64,000 bases of DNA from an uncultured Erysipelotrichaceae bacterium (GTDB lineage Bacteria; Bacillota_I; Bacilli_A; Erysipelotrichales; Erysipelotrichaceae), in NCBI GenBank assembly GCA_964438885.1, contig CAYTMK010000001.1:15876-79875 (forward strand). The letters are read 5' to 3'. The translations under genes were made by a program, and so were the position numbers. Positions within the stretch are counted from its first letter, which is position 1. Every line of letters begins with the position of its first letter. This document shows, in pieces, positions 31,094-41,000 of the stretch. Below the pieces are notes generated by a model that made no database searches, was not told the origin of the DNA, and was given only the letters and a program-made list of their open reading frames with translations.

Positions 31094-32040
31094 TAAAATT
31101 TGTCCTCCACATCTTCTACCGCAGCAGTCAACCGTTTATAGGCAGCTGTTTGGGCGCGTGATTCTAAAATCACCGGAATACTGAGAGCTACAGCTACAAG
31201 TAAAGCGGTAAAAAGCTTCAAATTGTCCGGATTTAAGCCCATTTGTAGAACGATAGAAACGATAATACGATAGAGCACACTACCAATCACAATGGAAATC
31301 AAACGGCGCAAAAATCCACCTTGACGACCAAAGATTGTTTCTCCAATGACAATCGAAGCTAGGGCCATAACAATTGCTCCAATTCCCATTTTGACATCCG
31401 CATAGCCTTGTTGTTGACAAACTAAGGCTCCAGACATCGCAATTAAGCCATTGGAAAGCATCAAAGCCACCATTGTGGTCCAGTTGGTAGAAACGCCATT
31501 GGCTCGCACCATATGAGGATTGTTCCCAGTGGCACGAATAGACATTCCCAATTCAGTTCCAAAAAACCAATAGAGCAAGGCAATGGTAATGACGACAAAT
31601 AAAAGACCTACCGCAATGATGGAAAGTGTTTGCGGGGTAATCCAACCAAGGGAAGGAATTGTACGGGCTAACTGATTGAACATATTGGGGTAATTCAAAA
31701 GAGGAATATTGGATTGCCCCATAATCATCAAATTGATGGAATAGAGACCAATTTGAGATAAAATTCCGGCTAAAATAGGAGGAATTTTACAAACTGTGTT
31801 GAAAAAACCTGTAACCGCTCCGGCCGCAAAACCACAAAGTGTAGCGATTAAAACAGCCAAATAGGAATTCATGCCCATAACCACTAAAACAGCAGCTACG
31901 GCCCCTCCTGTGGCAAACGAGCCATCGACGGTTAAATCTGCAAAATCTAAAAGACGAAACGTAATGTAGACACCTAGAGCCATGATTCCCCAAAGAATCC
32001 CTTGCCCAATGGCGCCTTCTAAAGAGAAGAGAATGGACAT
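31093..32040 (-). CDS. ABC transporter permease (aromatic amino acid/TrpY-like)
   Basis: DFADLTVDGSF, RATGNN, GLASI-like MALASIVIGE. Confidence 0.85.
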   Translation of the reverse strand: MSILFSLEGAIGQGILWGIMALGVYITFRLLDFADLTVDGSFATGGAVAAVLVVMGMNSYLAVLIATLCGFAAGAVTGFFNTVCKIPPILAGILSQIGLYSINLMIMGQSNIPLLNYPNMFNQLARTIPSLGWITPQTLSIIAVGLLFVVITIALLYWFFGTELGMSIRATGNNPHMVRANGVSTNWTTMVALMLSNGLIAMSGALVCQQQGYADVKMGIGAIVMALASIVIGETIFGRQGGFLRRLISIVIGSVLYRIIVSIVLQMGLNPDNLKLFTALLVAVALSIPVILESRAQTAAYKRLTAAVEDVEDKF

Positions 32041-33053
32041 TACTCTTCCCCTATTACGGTAGCACGATCTAAAACGGATTGTGGAAGATCAAGTTTTAAC
32101 GTTTCGGCAGTCTTTTTATTGACACTTAAAGTACATTGATCAGCTGGCAAATACGCAATGGCCATATCGGCGGGTTTATCGCCATCCTTCAAAATGGCGA
32201 CAGCTTGAGCACCGGCAAGTTGACCTAGTTCGTAGTAGTCAATACCATAAGTAGCTAAACCACCATTTTCAACCATTCCCTCTTCTCCAACGATGCAAGG
32301 AATACCGTATTGAGAAGCAGCTTGAGAAACCGTAGCCATGCTTTCAGCCATCATATTATCGGTTGGAACATAAATAGCATCCACTTTGCCATTGAGAGAT
32401 TCTACGACTTGCTGAATTTGATTGGAGTCGGTCACACTCGCTTCTCTATACTCTAAGCCACGTTGCTCACACTGTTCCTTGGCCAAATTGATTTGGAATA
32501 CGGAGTTGGCTTCCGCATTACAGTAAAGAAGACCGATCGTTTTGGCATCGGGTAAAATTTCTTGTAATAAGTCAAATTGGGCTTCAACAGGCGTTAAATC
32601 GGAACTACCTGTGACATTTCCACCTGGCTCTTCATTGGATTTTACCAATCCAGAATCGGCTGGATCCGTCACGGCAGAAAGGACGATCGGAATATCTTTT
32701 GTTTCATTGGCTGCAGCTTGGGCAGCTGGAGTCGCCACGGCAAAAATTAAACTTACATCGTCATTCACAAATTTTTGGGCGATAGAAGTACAATTGGCAA
32801 TTTCTCCTTGAGCGGATTTAAAGTCGATTTTTGCATCGGCATAGCCATTGTCCTTTAAATAATCTTCAAATCCTTCTGTAGCGGCATCTAAAGCAGGATG
32901 TTCGACATATTGTAAAATACCAATTGTAACATCACTTGCATCACTTATGTTCGCCTCACTTTTAACCGAAGAAGTGCTCGTACTTGAAGAACAACCTGCC
33001 ATCAATAAGGCTCCTCCAAGTAGTGCTGTTGAAAACGAATGCATCAATTTCAT
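32040..33053 (-). CDS. ABC transporter substrate-binding lipoprotein (TrpX-like)
   Basis: Lipobox LMAGC; QYVEHPALDA, AVTDP, NVTGSSD, VPTDN; start placed at MKLMH. Confidence 0.85.
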   Translation of the reverse strand: MKLMHSFSTALLGGALLMAGCSSSTSTSSVKSEANISDASDVTIGILQYVEHPALDAATEGFEDYLKDNGYADAKIDFKSAQGEIANCTSIAQKFVNDDVSLIFAVATPAAQAAANETKDIPIVLSAVTDPADSGLVKSNEEPGGNVTGSSDLTPVEAQFDLLQEILPDAKTIGLLYCNAEANSVFQINLAKEQCEQRGLEYREASVTDSNQIQQVVESLNGKVDAIYVPTDNMMAESMATVSQAASQYGIPCIVGEEGMVENGGLATYGIDYYELGQLAGAQAVAILKDGDKPADMAIAYLPADQCTLSVNKKTAETLKLDLPQSVLDRATVIGEE

Positions 33054-33458
33054 GAACCACAATAAACTCGCAATTTTGCTCAAAAACTCAAAAAGAGAAG
33101 TAAGCGTTTTGGTCTTCTCTTCAAAGAGACTTTCTAAAAAAACGGTGCCACCGTTTTTTTCAAGAGAAAATCAAAAGCCTAACCACTTTGCAGGCCATTG
33201 CGAGCGTTCCTTTCTTTGAATTTTTCCTGCAAAGTGAAGCACAATGCAATCAGCCGAGAGACTGACTCGGCGTTGTGAATTGAAAAAACATTGAAAGTCT
33301 CTAAAAGAAAGTGAAAAACAATGCGTTCTAATTTTACACAATTGCCCATAACTCTGAAATTATTTGGGATAAATTAGGGTAGAGTTTAAAGAAAACTTTT
33401 AGAAAACCACGAAAAAAAACCGCCTGAGTAGGCGGCTTATTTTCCAAAAAACAAAGAT

Positions 33459-33731
33459 TTATTTCTTATCCGATCCGCAACCGCAGATTGCTTGTTCATT
33501 GGATTTAATTTTTTCGTCGTGTTTTGCAACGTGTGCTTCTTTGCGTTCGATCACTTTTTCATCGTGAGCCATTTCGTCTTTGCGAAGATCTTTCATCATG
33601 CCAGTTTTATCGTAACCTTCTTCAACTGCATGTTCATTCATCTCTTCACGTTTCTTTTCGATGACGCGTTCGTCGTGACGAACTTCGGCTTCAAGAATTT
33701 TATCTTCAACTTTTTTAATAAAATCAGCCAT
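33459..33731 (-). CDS. Small highly charged hypothetical protein with three HDE repeats
   Basis: RBS AAGGAGG before MADFIKK; RHDERVIEKK / AHDEKVIERK / KHDEKIK. Confidence 0.7.
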   Translation of the reverse strand: MADFIKKVEDKILEAEVRHDERVIEKKREEMNEHAVEEGYDKTGMMKDLRKDEMAHDEKVIERKEAHVAKHDEKIKSNEQAICGCGSDKK

Positions 33732-33895
33732 GAGGTATCCCTCCTTCATTTTTTGTACACGGTTACTATAGCAGTATTTTGAAATCTCGCCAAACAATCC
33801 GCTCCTAAGATGGGAAAAAGTCAAAATCATCTCTCATAATGACACAAAGAGGGCTTAAAAATTCGATATATTTTGGAGAAAAGTTGGGATTCTCT

Positions 33896-34942
33896 TTAAT
33901 TCGCATAGGGATAATGGGAAGTATTTTCCAACAAGTTATTTAAGAGTTCCTCAGGCATATAGTCAAAACGGATGGGCGTACGATTGATGAGATAATCCAG
34001 ACAATCGTTGGAATAGCCAGTTACAGTATAGATGGCTTGTCGGCCTTCATCATAATCCATATACACTTTTCCATCCTTGACATGAAATTTTCCGCTACGC
34101 TCTTCAACCAGCTCATTGTTTTTAAAGTCATATTCTTTAAATTCACTATCATCCCAGAAACATTGACAAGTGAACATATCTTTACTGAAATAGTGGATCC
34201 AATTTCCAAGTAGAGCTTGCCGCGGGAATTTAGCGCGCACCGATAATTCTTGATCACTTGAGGTATTGCTTAAGCGATTGTCCCAAGAGGTCTTCGTCGC
34301 TTTATTGTTGGTACGAACTGGAAGTGCCTTTTGTTCTTTCGTTTGAGAAGTGCGATTGTTACGACGTATGGCTTTAGCCTCTTTGTTGCTCAAAGATGAA
34401 GGAGTCGTTTGTTCCTCGGATTCATTTTCTTCATTTAAACTTGGAAATCCGGTAGTTGAAATATTGGCAATAGCAGTTAAGCTTTGCGCTTCTCTTGCTT
34501 CACGATCTTCCTTAGAAAGTTGCTCCTTACTTGTGGGATTTCGAAGCATGCTGCGATTGCGCTCACGACGACTGCCACTGCGCAATTTTTCAAGAGTTTC
34601 CGCTGCAGTAGTTTGGCTATCAAGAAGTGTTTTGGCATCTTCCATCAATTGGCGGGACAATTCAAGACGTTCATTGAGAGTCTGTTCGAAAGAGCTTAAG
34701 GTATCCTGGTCAGAGGGAAGAGAAAACAAGGTCCCGGTTTTAAGCGTTTGAAGCAAGTTTTCAAGCGCTTGGGTTTGATCGCGTAATTGCTCATATTGTT
34801 TTTGGACTTCTTGCTTATTGCGTTGTTCTTGTAAAGCGATCTCCTCTTTAATTTCACTAATTACAACTTCATTTTGTTCGCTGCTTGATTTGAGTTCATT
34901 AAGAATCTCTTTCCAAGCTTTCACATCAGATAGACTGGCCAT
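33896..34942 (-). CDS. Hypothetical protein: coiled coil, disordered linker, globular C-terminal domain
   Basis: Long ORF; best RBS (GAAAGGA) precedes MASLSDV at 34942. Confidence 0.65.
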   Translation of the reverse strand: MASLSDVKAWKEILNELKSSSEQNEVVISEIKEEIALQEQRNKQEVQKQYEQLRDQTQALENLLQTLKTGTLFSLPSDQDTLSSFEQTLNERLELSRQLMEDAKTLLDSQTTAAETLEKLRSGSRRERNRSMLRNPTSKEQLSKEDREAREAQSLTAIANISTTGFPSLNEENESEEQTTPSSLSNKEAKAIRRNNRTSQTKEQKALPVRTNNKATKTSWDNRLSNTSSDQELSVRAKFPRQALLGNWIHYFSKDMFTCQCFWDDSEFKEYDFKNNELVEERSGKFHVKDGKVYMDYDEGRQAIYTVTGYSNDCLDYLINRTPIRFDYMPEELLNNLLENTSHYPYAN

Positions 34943-35047
34943 GGTTTTCCTTTCTTGAATCGGATCTTCCTGCCTAGGCAAGGAAGAAACGGACTTTTTT
35001 TTCTTGCGTCTTTTAAAGACACTTCGCTTCATTTTAGGCATTGCGCC

Positions 35048-35182
35048 TGCTCCTAAATATGGACAAGAATACCCATATTGAGAAAATTCCTGCTTCTTCC
35101 TGTATGCTTTGGATTATAACAACCTACTCACAAGTTCTTATACAGTCCACAGGCGTTAATTCCCGTATACCCTACGGTACAT
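35048..35182 (-). ncRNA. Putative TnpB omega-RNA (reRNA) scaffold at the IS right end
   Basis: GTACCGTAGGGTATACGGGAATTAACGCCTGTGGA...AGGAAGAAGCAGGAA between the tnpB stop and the right end; conserved at 12574-12705. Confidence 0.7.
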
Positions 35183-35193
35183 AATTTTCTTTC

Positions 35194-36325
35194 TTAGGCA
35201 GTATGATAGATAAGACAATCTCTAAGATTCAGACTCGCATTGAAATCTCTGTCTATTGTGTATCCGCATTGAAGAATAGGTTCGCTCTGATAACTTCAAA
35301 TCAGGCTTGATACAGCCACAGACACGTTTTGCTTGATGGATAAAATCTGTCAACAAGCCATAGTTCAATACCATATTCTTTACATTTTGCAGTTATCTTT
35401 GTTCTGAACTCAAACATTTTCTGTTGTGCAATAGCCTTTGAAAGATGTCTATTCTTCATCATTCCTCTGATGTTCAGATCTTCAAGGGTTATTCATGCTG
35501 GCTTGGTTTTCACCAGCTCTGAAATCACCTTGTTGATCCGTTTTGATACAGTCTAGTTTGTAATAAAGTTTCTGTACTTTCAGCTTTTGTTTTTGTTTGT
35601 CGAGTAGCTTTTCCTTTCGAGTTATTTGTTGTTTTTTTCAGACTTTCTTCCTCGAAAGTTTTTTCTGCTCTCGTTTCAGTCTTTTTTCGAGTTTTCTGAT
35701 ACGATTCGTTTTATTGATATTTTCAAAAGTCCTGCCGTCCGAACAGACTGCAAAATCTTTTAGGCCTAAGTCAATGCCAATTCCAAAATCATTCAAAACA
35801 GGCTTTTGAGTTTCTGCTTCTTCCACTAAAACAGAAACATCTGCCTGCCTTCATAGAAACAGAACCGCTTTTTATGATATGCGTTTCCAGATTTGTCGGG
35901 ACATAGCCTTTTTCTTTAAGACGTACCCAACCAAGCGTGGGTATTCTGATTCTGTGGCGTTCACACAAAATAGGTTGTTTTACTCCATTTCTAACGAAAT
36001 ACATTTTTACATCAGAGTTTGATTTTTTCTTCCATTTCGTTTGCTTTATGATTAAAAAAATTTCTGAAAGCTCTGTCGGCATTCATAAGGCTTGGCTTGA
36101 TTACTGCTGACTTCTTTAATCCATGAAATTTCAGGATTTTTCGGAAGATACTCTTAACCACTTTGAGAATTCATATCCAGAAACAAATCTTTTCTCTTTT
36201 TCATAGATTTCTTTATTATGTGCCAGATAAAAATTATAGACGAATCTGCATATACCAATTGTTCTATGAATAATCTTTTTCTGTTCAGGAGTCGGAAAAA
36301 TTTCTGTCTTATAACTTTTGAGCAT
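35194..36325 (-). pseudogene. tnpB: TnpB RNA-guided nuclease pseudogene
   Basis: MLKSYKTEI, IPTLGWVRL, IGIDLGLKDF (RuvC I), LEDLNIRGM, FYPSSK, DRDFNASLNL in several frames. Confidence 0.9.
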
Positions 36326-36329
36326 TCGT

Positions 36330-36708
36330 CCTCCTTGCTTTTTTCTCAGTCCACAACAACTGATGAAGAAAGTTCCTAGGTGACATTTTTTCGTTGTTGA
36401 CAACGGTATCCTTAGACTGCAAAAACCTTTCAAACCGAAACGAATAAGTCTGTATTATGACAGATTCGCAATTGAGACATCTGTCAACTGTTCTGTTGTA
36501 AGTCCGCTTCCCTTCAAGAACTTCATCAACATTCTTTTTGTTGCTTCAGAAACCTGTCAACTCTCTATTGCTTGATCCTCTGGTATAGAGTCTTTCCAAA
36601 TTTTTGTGCTTGTTTTCCTAATATACTCAATGTTTATCTGTATCTTCTACCTTTTGGTGTGCGATTTAACTGAAACGCTTTTCAGCAAATTCTTTAGGTT
36701 TTACTCAT
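36330..36708 (-). pseudogene. tnpA: IS607 serine-recombinase tnpA remnant
   Basis: KPKEFAEK N-terminal scrap, DRL.RFG-like and VNNEKMSP scraps; heavily deleted. Confidence 0.6.
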
Positions 36709-36973
36709 AAGCTCACTTTCTCATGAGTATGTAATATCACCTTTAAATACTTTTATTCATGTTTTTCTATTTTATAACTCCTTGCAGCATTTCTTTATGA
36801 GGAAGAAATGCAGATAGAAGTTCTTTTCAATTATGCTAAGACAACCGAATTCGGTCAAATTCGTTTCCTAGACTCGTTTGAAAAGAGAAGAAAGCCGCTC
36901 TTCTTTTCCCCACTTTTTTTCGCTTTTAGAAAAGAAAAAAAACGTCCTAGATCTCTCTAAGACGTTTAAACAC

Positions 36974-37570
36974 TTAATGACGGAAAATCTCTCTAAGAAT
37001 AGCGATAACGCCAATGCACATCAAGATGACTTTTACAACTTCTGTAAAGGCTTTAGTGGGATCGTTTTGCATTTCTAAGGCAAAATCGTCTACTTGCGTA
37101 TAGGCATTTTCACGCAGATTGTTATAAGCCGCACTCGCTTTTTGTGAAAATTCGTTATGATTACTAGCTAGCTTGTCCCCAAATTTTTCGGCTTCAGCAT
37201 TCACTTTGCTTGCCGCTTGTTCTAATTCTTGACCGGTGCGGCGAGAAGTGCGATCAAAATTTTCTTGTGCTTCTTTGGCTTTAGCATTGATTTGGTCTTG
37301 CAATTTTTCAATGTTGGTACGATCGATTTGAAGCTCTTTATGAATCTTTTCCGCAACTTTTTCTTGATCAGCTTCCACTTTTTCGCTTAAGGACTTAAAC
37401 TTCGCATCCATTTCTTCTTTGAATTTGGCTTCACGTTCTTTCGCTTGCGTTTCCACTTTCGAAATCGCCTCTTCGGCTTCTTTGATCGGACTTTTAGCTG
37501 GACCAGCTAATTTCTCATCTGATGCAGTGGACTCTTTCGTTTCTTCGATTGGGGCTTTATTTTCTTCCAT
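36974..37570 (-). CDS. Hypothetical coiled-coil protein with C-terminal membrane anchor
   Basis: Charged helical sequence ending VVKVILMCIGVIAIL. Confidence 0.7.
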   Translation of the reverse strand: MEENKAPIEETKESTASDEKLAGPAKSPIKEAEEAISKVETQAKEREAKFKEEMDAKFKSLSEKVEADQEKVAEKIHKELQIDRTNIEKLQDQINAKAKEAQENFDRTSRRTGQELEQAASKVNAEAEKFGDKLASNHNEFSQKASAAYNNLRENAYTQVDDFALEMQNDPTKAFTEVVKVILMCIGVIAILREIFRH

Positions 37571-37677
37571 ACACTTTGACCCTCAACTTTCTTTTTCTCT
37601 ATTATGCCTAGATTGATTCCAAAAAGCCTTTAGAAAGCCTGAAAGGAAAAATCAAAAAAAGCAGCTAGAGCTGCTTT

Positions 37678-38064
37678 TTAGAGGTCGATCTCTTTTTTCC
37701 AAAGACCATGCAGATTGCAATATTCGTAAACAGTAGCGGTTCCATTACCACCTTTTACTTCAAATTCTGCTACAGGTTCTTCACCAGGCAATAAAGTGGC
37801 TTTTTCGACACTTCCATCTGGGTATTCCATCCAAATATTGGTGATCCAGTGGGCAGGAAGCATGGGATGAGCGGTAGAACCCACTTGTACTTTTACTTTT
37901 CCATCTTCTACTTTTACATCGGGAACATGCTTTTCAACCGCAGCATCGGTAGAACCAGGAACCAAAAGAGTAGCGGGTTGTCCATTGATGGTGAGATCCA
38001 TTTCTTGATCTACGGGAAGAATGACTTCTACGACTTCCCCATTTGCACCTTTATACAATTTCAT
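37678..38064 (-). CDS. Superoxide reductase (desulfoferrodoxin family) lacking the N-terminal Cys site
   Basis: EKHVP, HPM...HWI, YCNLHGLW. Confidence 0.88.
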   Translation of the reverse strand: MKLYKGANGEVVEVILPVDQEMDLTINGQPATLLVPGSTDAAVEKHVPDVKVEDGKVKVQVGSTAHPMLPAHWITNIWMEYPDGSVEKATLLPGEEPVAEFEVKGGNGTATVYEYCNLHGLWKKEIDL

Positions 38065-38231
38065 ACAATAATCTCCTCCTCTTTGTTTTTTCCATTTTAC
38101 CATCCACAAAAGAAACAGACAGTTAAAAGACCTAGAGGAATTGAAGTCAAGCCTTCGATTCGTTGAAGCTAGGAATTGGCAGGCTTCGCGCTAAGATGAA
38201 AGGGCAAGGCGCATAGAAAGGAAGGATAAGG

Positions 38232-39482
38232 ATGGAGATTCAACTTCTTCCAAGTGGAAATCTTCAAATCAAAACAGATACACCAACGACTCTTCAAGAG
38301 GTATGGAATGATTTGGATATTTCCAAAGAAAAGAAAAAACATATACAACTTCTCAAGGGAAAAGATCCGATTGTCAATCCTCAAGAGGAGATTTTGCCAA
38401 GCGATAAATTGACGATTTTTATCGACGACACCTATGACTTTAAAGAGGATACCCCCGTATTTTATGGAGGTGTTCCTGTCGTCTATGAAGACGATTGGTG
38501 TGTAGTGGTCAATAAAAAACCGTTTTTATTGGTCCATGGCGATGGACAAAGCGAAGATACGCTTACAGCGCGTGTCAATGCCTATCTTCAACAAAATGGA
38601 GCTCGCTTTTTTGCGCAACCCGTTAACCGTATTGATTATGAGGCTTCGGGGCTGGTTCTTTTCTCCAAACATCCGCTTGGGAAAGCGTATTTGGATCGCC
38701 AGTTTGAAGAGGGCTTGGCTAAAAAACAGTATTTAGCTGTAGTGGATGGACGAGTAGCCAATCGAGAGATCGATATCAACAATCCGATTGCTCGCAATCG
38801 TCATGAAGCTGAAAAAATGATGGTCTACAAAAAAGGAAAACCGGCCCATACCCATATTCAACGCTTAAAACTTTTTGATTGATCAACAGTCAGTCTACAT
38901 GGAAACGTGTAGAGCTACTCCTGCTCGAATTGCTGGAATCCCCCAAAGCCAATTGCGCCACAACATGGTCTTGAAATAGGCGAGTGTGAAGGCCACGAAA
39001 GTAGAAAAAAGCAGTTGGATGGCTTATGGCGTAAGCCTAAGAGCTAGAAAACGGGCAATCAGCAGCCAAGCTTTGAAGAGAAGAAGGTTCAACGACTATT
39101 CCTTAGGAAGTAGGGATCAAGCGATCCCGAAGTGGGCAGCCCTAAATAAAGGTGAAGATATAGTCTGTGCTTGCATGAAAGTGTAAGATGCCTTAGGCAC
39201 TCCAAGATTAGCGCTCTTGGGGAAACAAAAATTCAGGATAAATCACTCGTTCGTGCCGACATTTCTACTGGTCGGAAACACCAAATTCGCGTTCATCTTT
39301 CAAATATTGGATATCCAATTATGAATGATTCCCTTTATGGGATGGTGCGTAACAATAAAGGATTGATGCTTCAAGCCTATAAACTTTCTTTTTTACAACC
39401 CTTTACCCATAAACCCATTGACCTAGAACTCGACATGGACACCCGCTTTAAATGGTTCGATCCAGAACTAGCCAAAGCGTAA
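38232..39482 (+). CDS. RluA-family pseudouridine synthase interrupted by a group I intron; exons 38232-38879 and 39237-39482 (297 aa spliced)
   Basis: Exon 1 has VVNKK and NRIDYEASG; exon 2 has TGRKHQIRVHL, GYPIMND.LYG and LQAY. In-frame join gives RLKLFD|DKSLVRADI. Confidence 0.9.
38880..39236 (+). ncRNA. Group I self-splicing intron (IA-like, with P7.1/P7.2), ORF-less
   Basis: P AATTGCTGG 38928, Q AATCAGCAG 39057, R GTTCAACGACTA 39087, S AAGATATAGTCT 39155. P3 CTGCTC/GGGCAG; P7 GACTAT/ATAGTC. IGS GTCAG 38889-38893 pairs with exon TTGAT (U.G at the splice site). Terminal G at 39236. Confidence 0.92.
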
Positions 39483-39536
39483 ACAGCGAAGATTCTTCGC
39501 TGTTTTTTGTTGAGAGAAAGGATCAAAAACACTCTT

Positions 39537-41000
39537 TTAGTCTTCTTGAGTTGAAAGAGGAAGTGAGCTCACTTCCTCTTTTAAAGGAAAAAGAGAAGCC
39601 TTTAAAGCAATGGCTTTTGTGGACGTTTTTGGCTCTTCTTGGGTTTCCGATTTTGGGATTTCAAGCTGATCAAGCAAAAGTTCTAAACAATAGCGAATGA
39701 CGGCTAAAACATAGCTTACCGGAAAGCGATCTTTGAAATTTTCGATGCGTTCTGAAAAATGGCCACCATTTTGTTTGAGCATTTTGAAGAGTTGATTGGG
39801 AAGTTCGTCCCGTTTGACATGACCAAATACATCTACAAGCGCAAATTCTTCAGGATTGACATGAGCCGTGAGTTTAAGCGTTCGCAAATTATGCACGATA
39901 TTCTCTAAAAAAGTTCGATAATCATATAAAGCAATTGGATCGATTTTCGCAAAGAGCGCTAAAGCTTCCACTAAGCGACCTAAATCGTAATCCTTGAGTT
40001 TTCCATTAGGCAAATCAGCGGGGTAATAGCCAAGCAATCCACGATATAAGAAGTTTTGACTTTGAGCTGCTTTCGGAAAGACGATTTGCATCTGAGCAAT
40101 TTGATGGGCTAAATAATTCTCCACAATGTCCATAAGCGGTTTATCGGCCAAAGGAAAAGTGTAGATATAGCCTAGATATTTTCCCAAATATTTTTTGGTC
40201 TCTAAATACCCTTGGGCGTATAGACGTTGGGCATGGGTAGTCGAAAAGTCTAAGGGATTTCCAAGCTGAAGCAAGGGCTGGATATAAAACATCTCGGGTT
40301 TTAAAGCAGGAGGCAAAGCTTCTCCTGGCTCATGCAAATCCACCACCATCGTCCAAGTGGCTTCGGGAAGAATCGCTTCTAAAAGACTGATGGGGACATT
40401 GTCGGCATACATTCCATCCATATACTCTTCGCCTTGAAAATGGACTTTTGGAAAAGCTGGATAACAAGCCGCCGAAGCCATCACGATTTCTTCTGCATTT
40501 TCCGCTGTAATTTCTCCTTTAAAAAAGGCTCGTCCCTCCTTTTTGGTATCGTTAAAGGTCATACAAGCGTATTTAACGGGGGAATCTTTAAAGGATTCAT
40601 AGCGAAACATTTTACGAAAGTGTTCTCGCAAGGGGCGAATGTCCATACGGGAATCAAAATATTTGATCACAAATTGTAAAATAGTGCGTGAGCCTAAAAT
40701 CTTTTCTTTTAAAGTCACTGGCAATTGGGGTAAGTCTGCCGCAATGTGGTTGGGTTGCATGTTCATCACAAAATCGGTGACGGGTTCGATGTTATTTCCT
40801 GGATAAAAAATGCCCACTAATGCGCCAATAGAAGTGCCGGTTACTCCATCAAAGAAAATCCCTTCTTCATTGAGCGCTTGCCACACGCCCACGTGATAAC
40901 ATCCCTTCGCCCCTCCACCTCCAAGCACTAAGCCATAGCGATCGCTTGGGCTTTTGAAATCTGGAACATATTGAACGGATTTACGCTTTTGTTCTTCCAT
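39537..41000 (-). CDS. Patatin-like phospholipase
   Basis: GGGGAKG, GTSIG, DGM; start placed at MEEQK. Confidence 0.88.
   Translation of the reverse strand: MEEQKRKSVQYVPDFKSPSDRYGLVLGGGGAKGCYHVGVWQALNEEGIFFDGVTGTSIGALVGIFYPGNNIEPVTDFVMNMQPNHIAADLPQLPVTLKEKILGSRTILQFVIKYFDSRMDIRPLREHFRKMFRYESFKDSPVKYACMTFNDTKKEGRAFFKGEITAENAEEIVMASAACYPAFPKVHFQGEEYMDGMYADNVPISLLEAILPEATWTMVVDLHEPGEALPPALKPEMFYIQPLLQLGNPLDFSTTHAQRLYAQGYLETKKYLGKYLGYIYTFPLADKPLMDIVENYLAHQIAQMQIVFPKAAQSQNFLYRGLLGYYPADLPNGKLKDYDLGRLVEALALFAKIDPIALYDYRTFLENIVHNLRTLKLTAHVNPEEFALVDVFGHVKRDELPNQLFKMLKQNGGHFSERIENFKDRFPVSYVLAVIRYCLELLLDQLEIPKSETQEEPKTSTKAIALKASLFPLKEEVSSLPLSTQED

Larger units (their letters stand above)
35046..36781 (-). 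mobile_element. Degenerate IS607-family element bounded by GG dinucleotides
   Basis: GG|AGTTA left end and AGCA|GG right end; tnpA and tnpB remnants; ends confirmed by the related copy at 12339-12706. Confidence 0.85.

Noticed and set aside
34943-35055. IS607 right end supplying an RBS, with the omega-RNA guide covering the ATG at 35041
   Set aside because: A stronger RBS precedes the ATG at 34942, and the extra 33 codons look non-coding. Not fully excluded.
35046-36781. IS607 element as an IStron
   Set aside because: No group I P/Q/R/S motifs are visible inside it; the intron at 38880 is a separate element with different ends.
38986-39236. ORF 38986-39186 and the N-terminus of ORF 39171-39482 as intron-encoded proteins
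   Set aside because: They overlap the ribozyme core and show no endonuclease motifs; RluA sequence resumes only at 39237.
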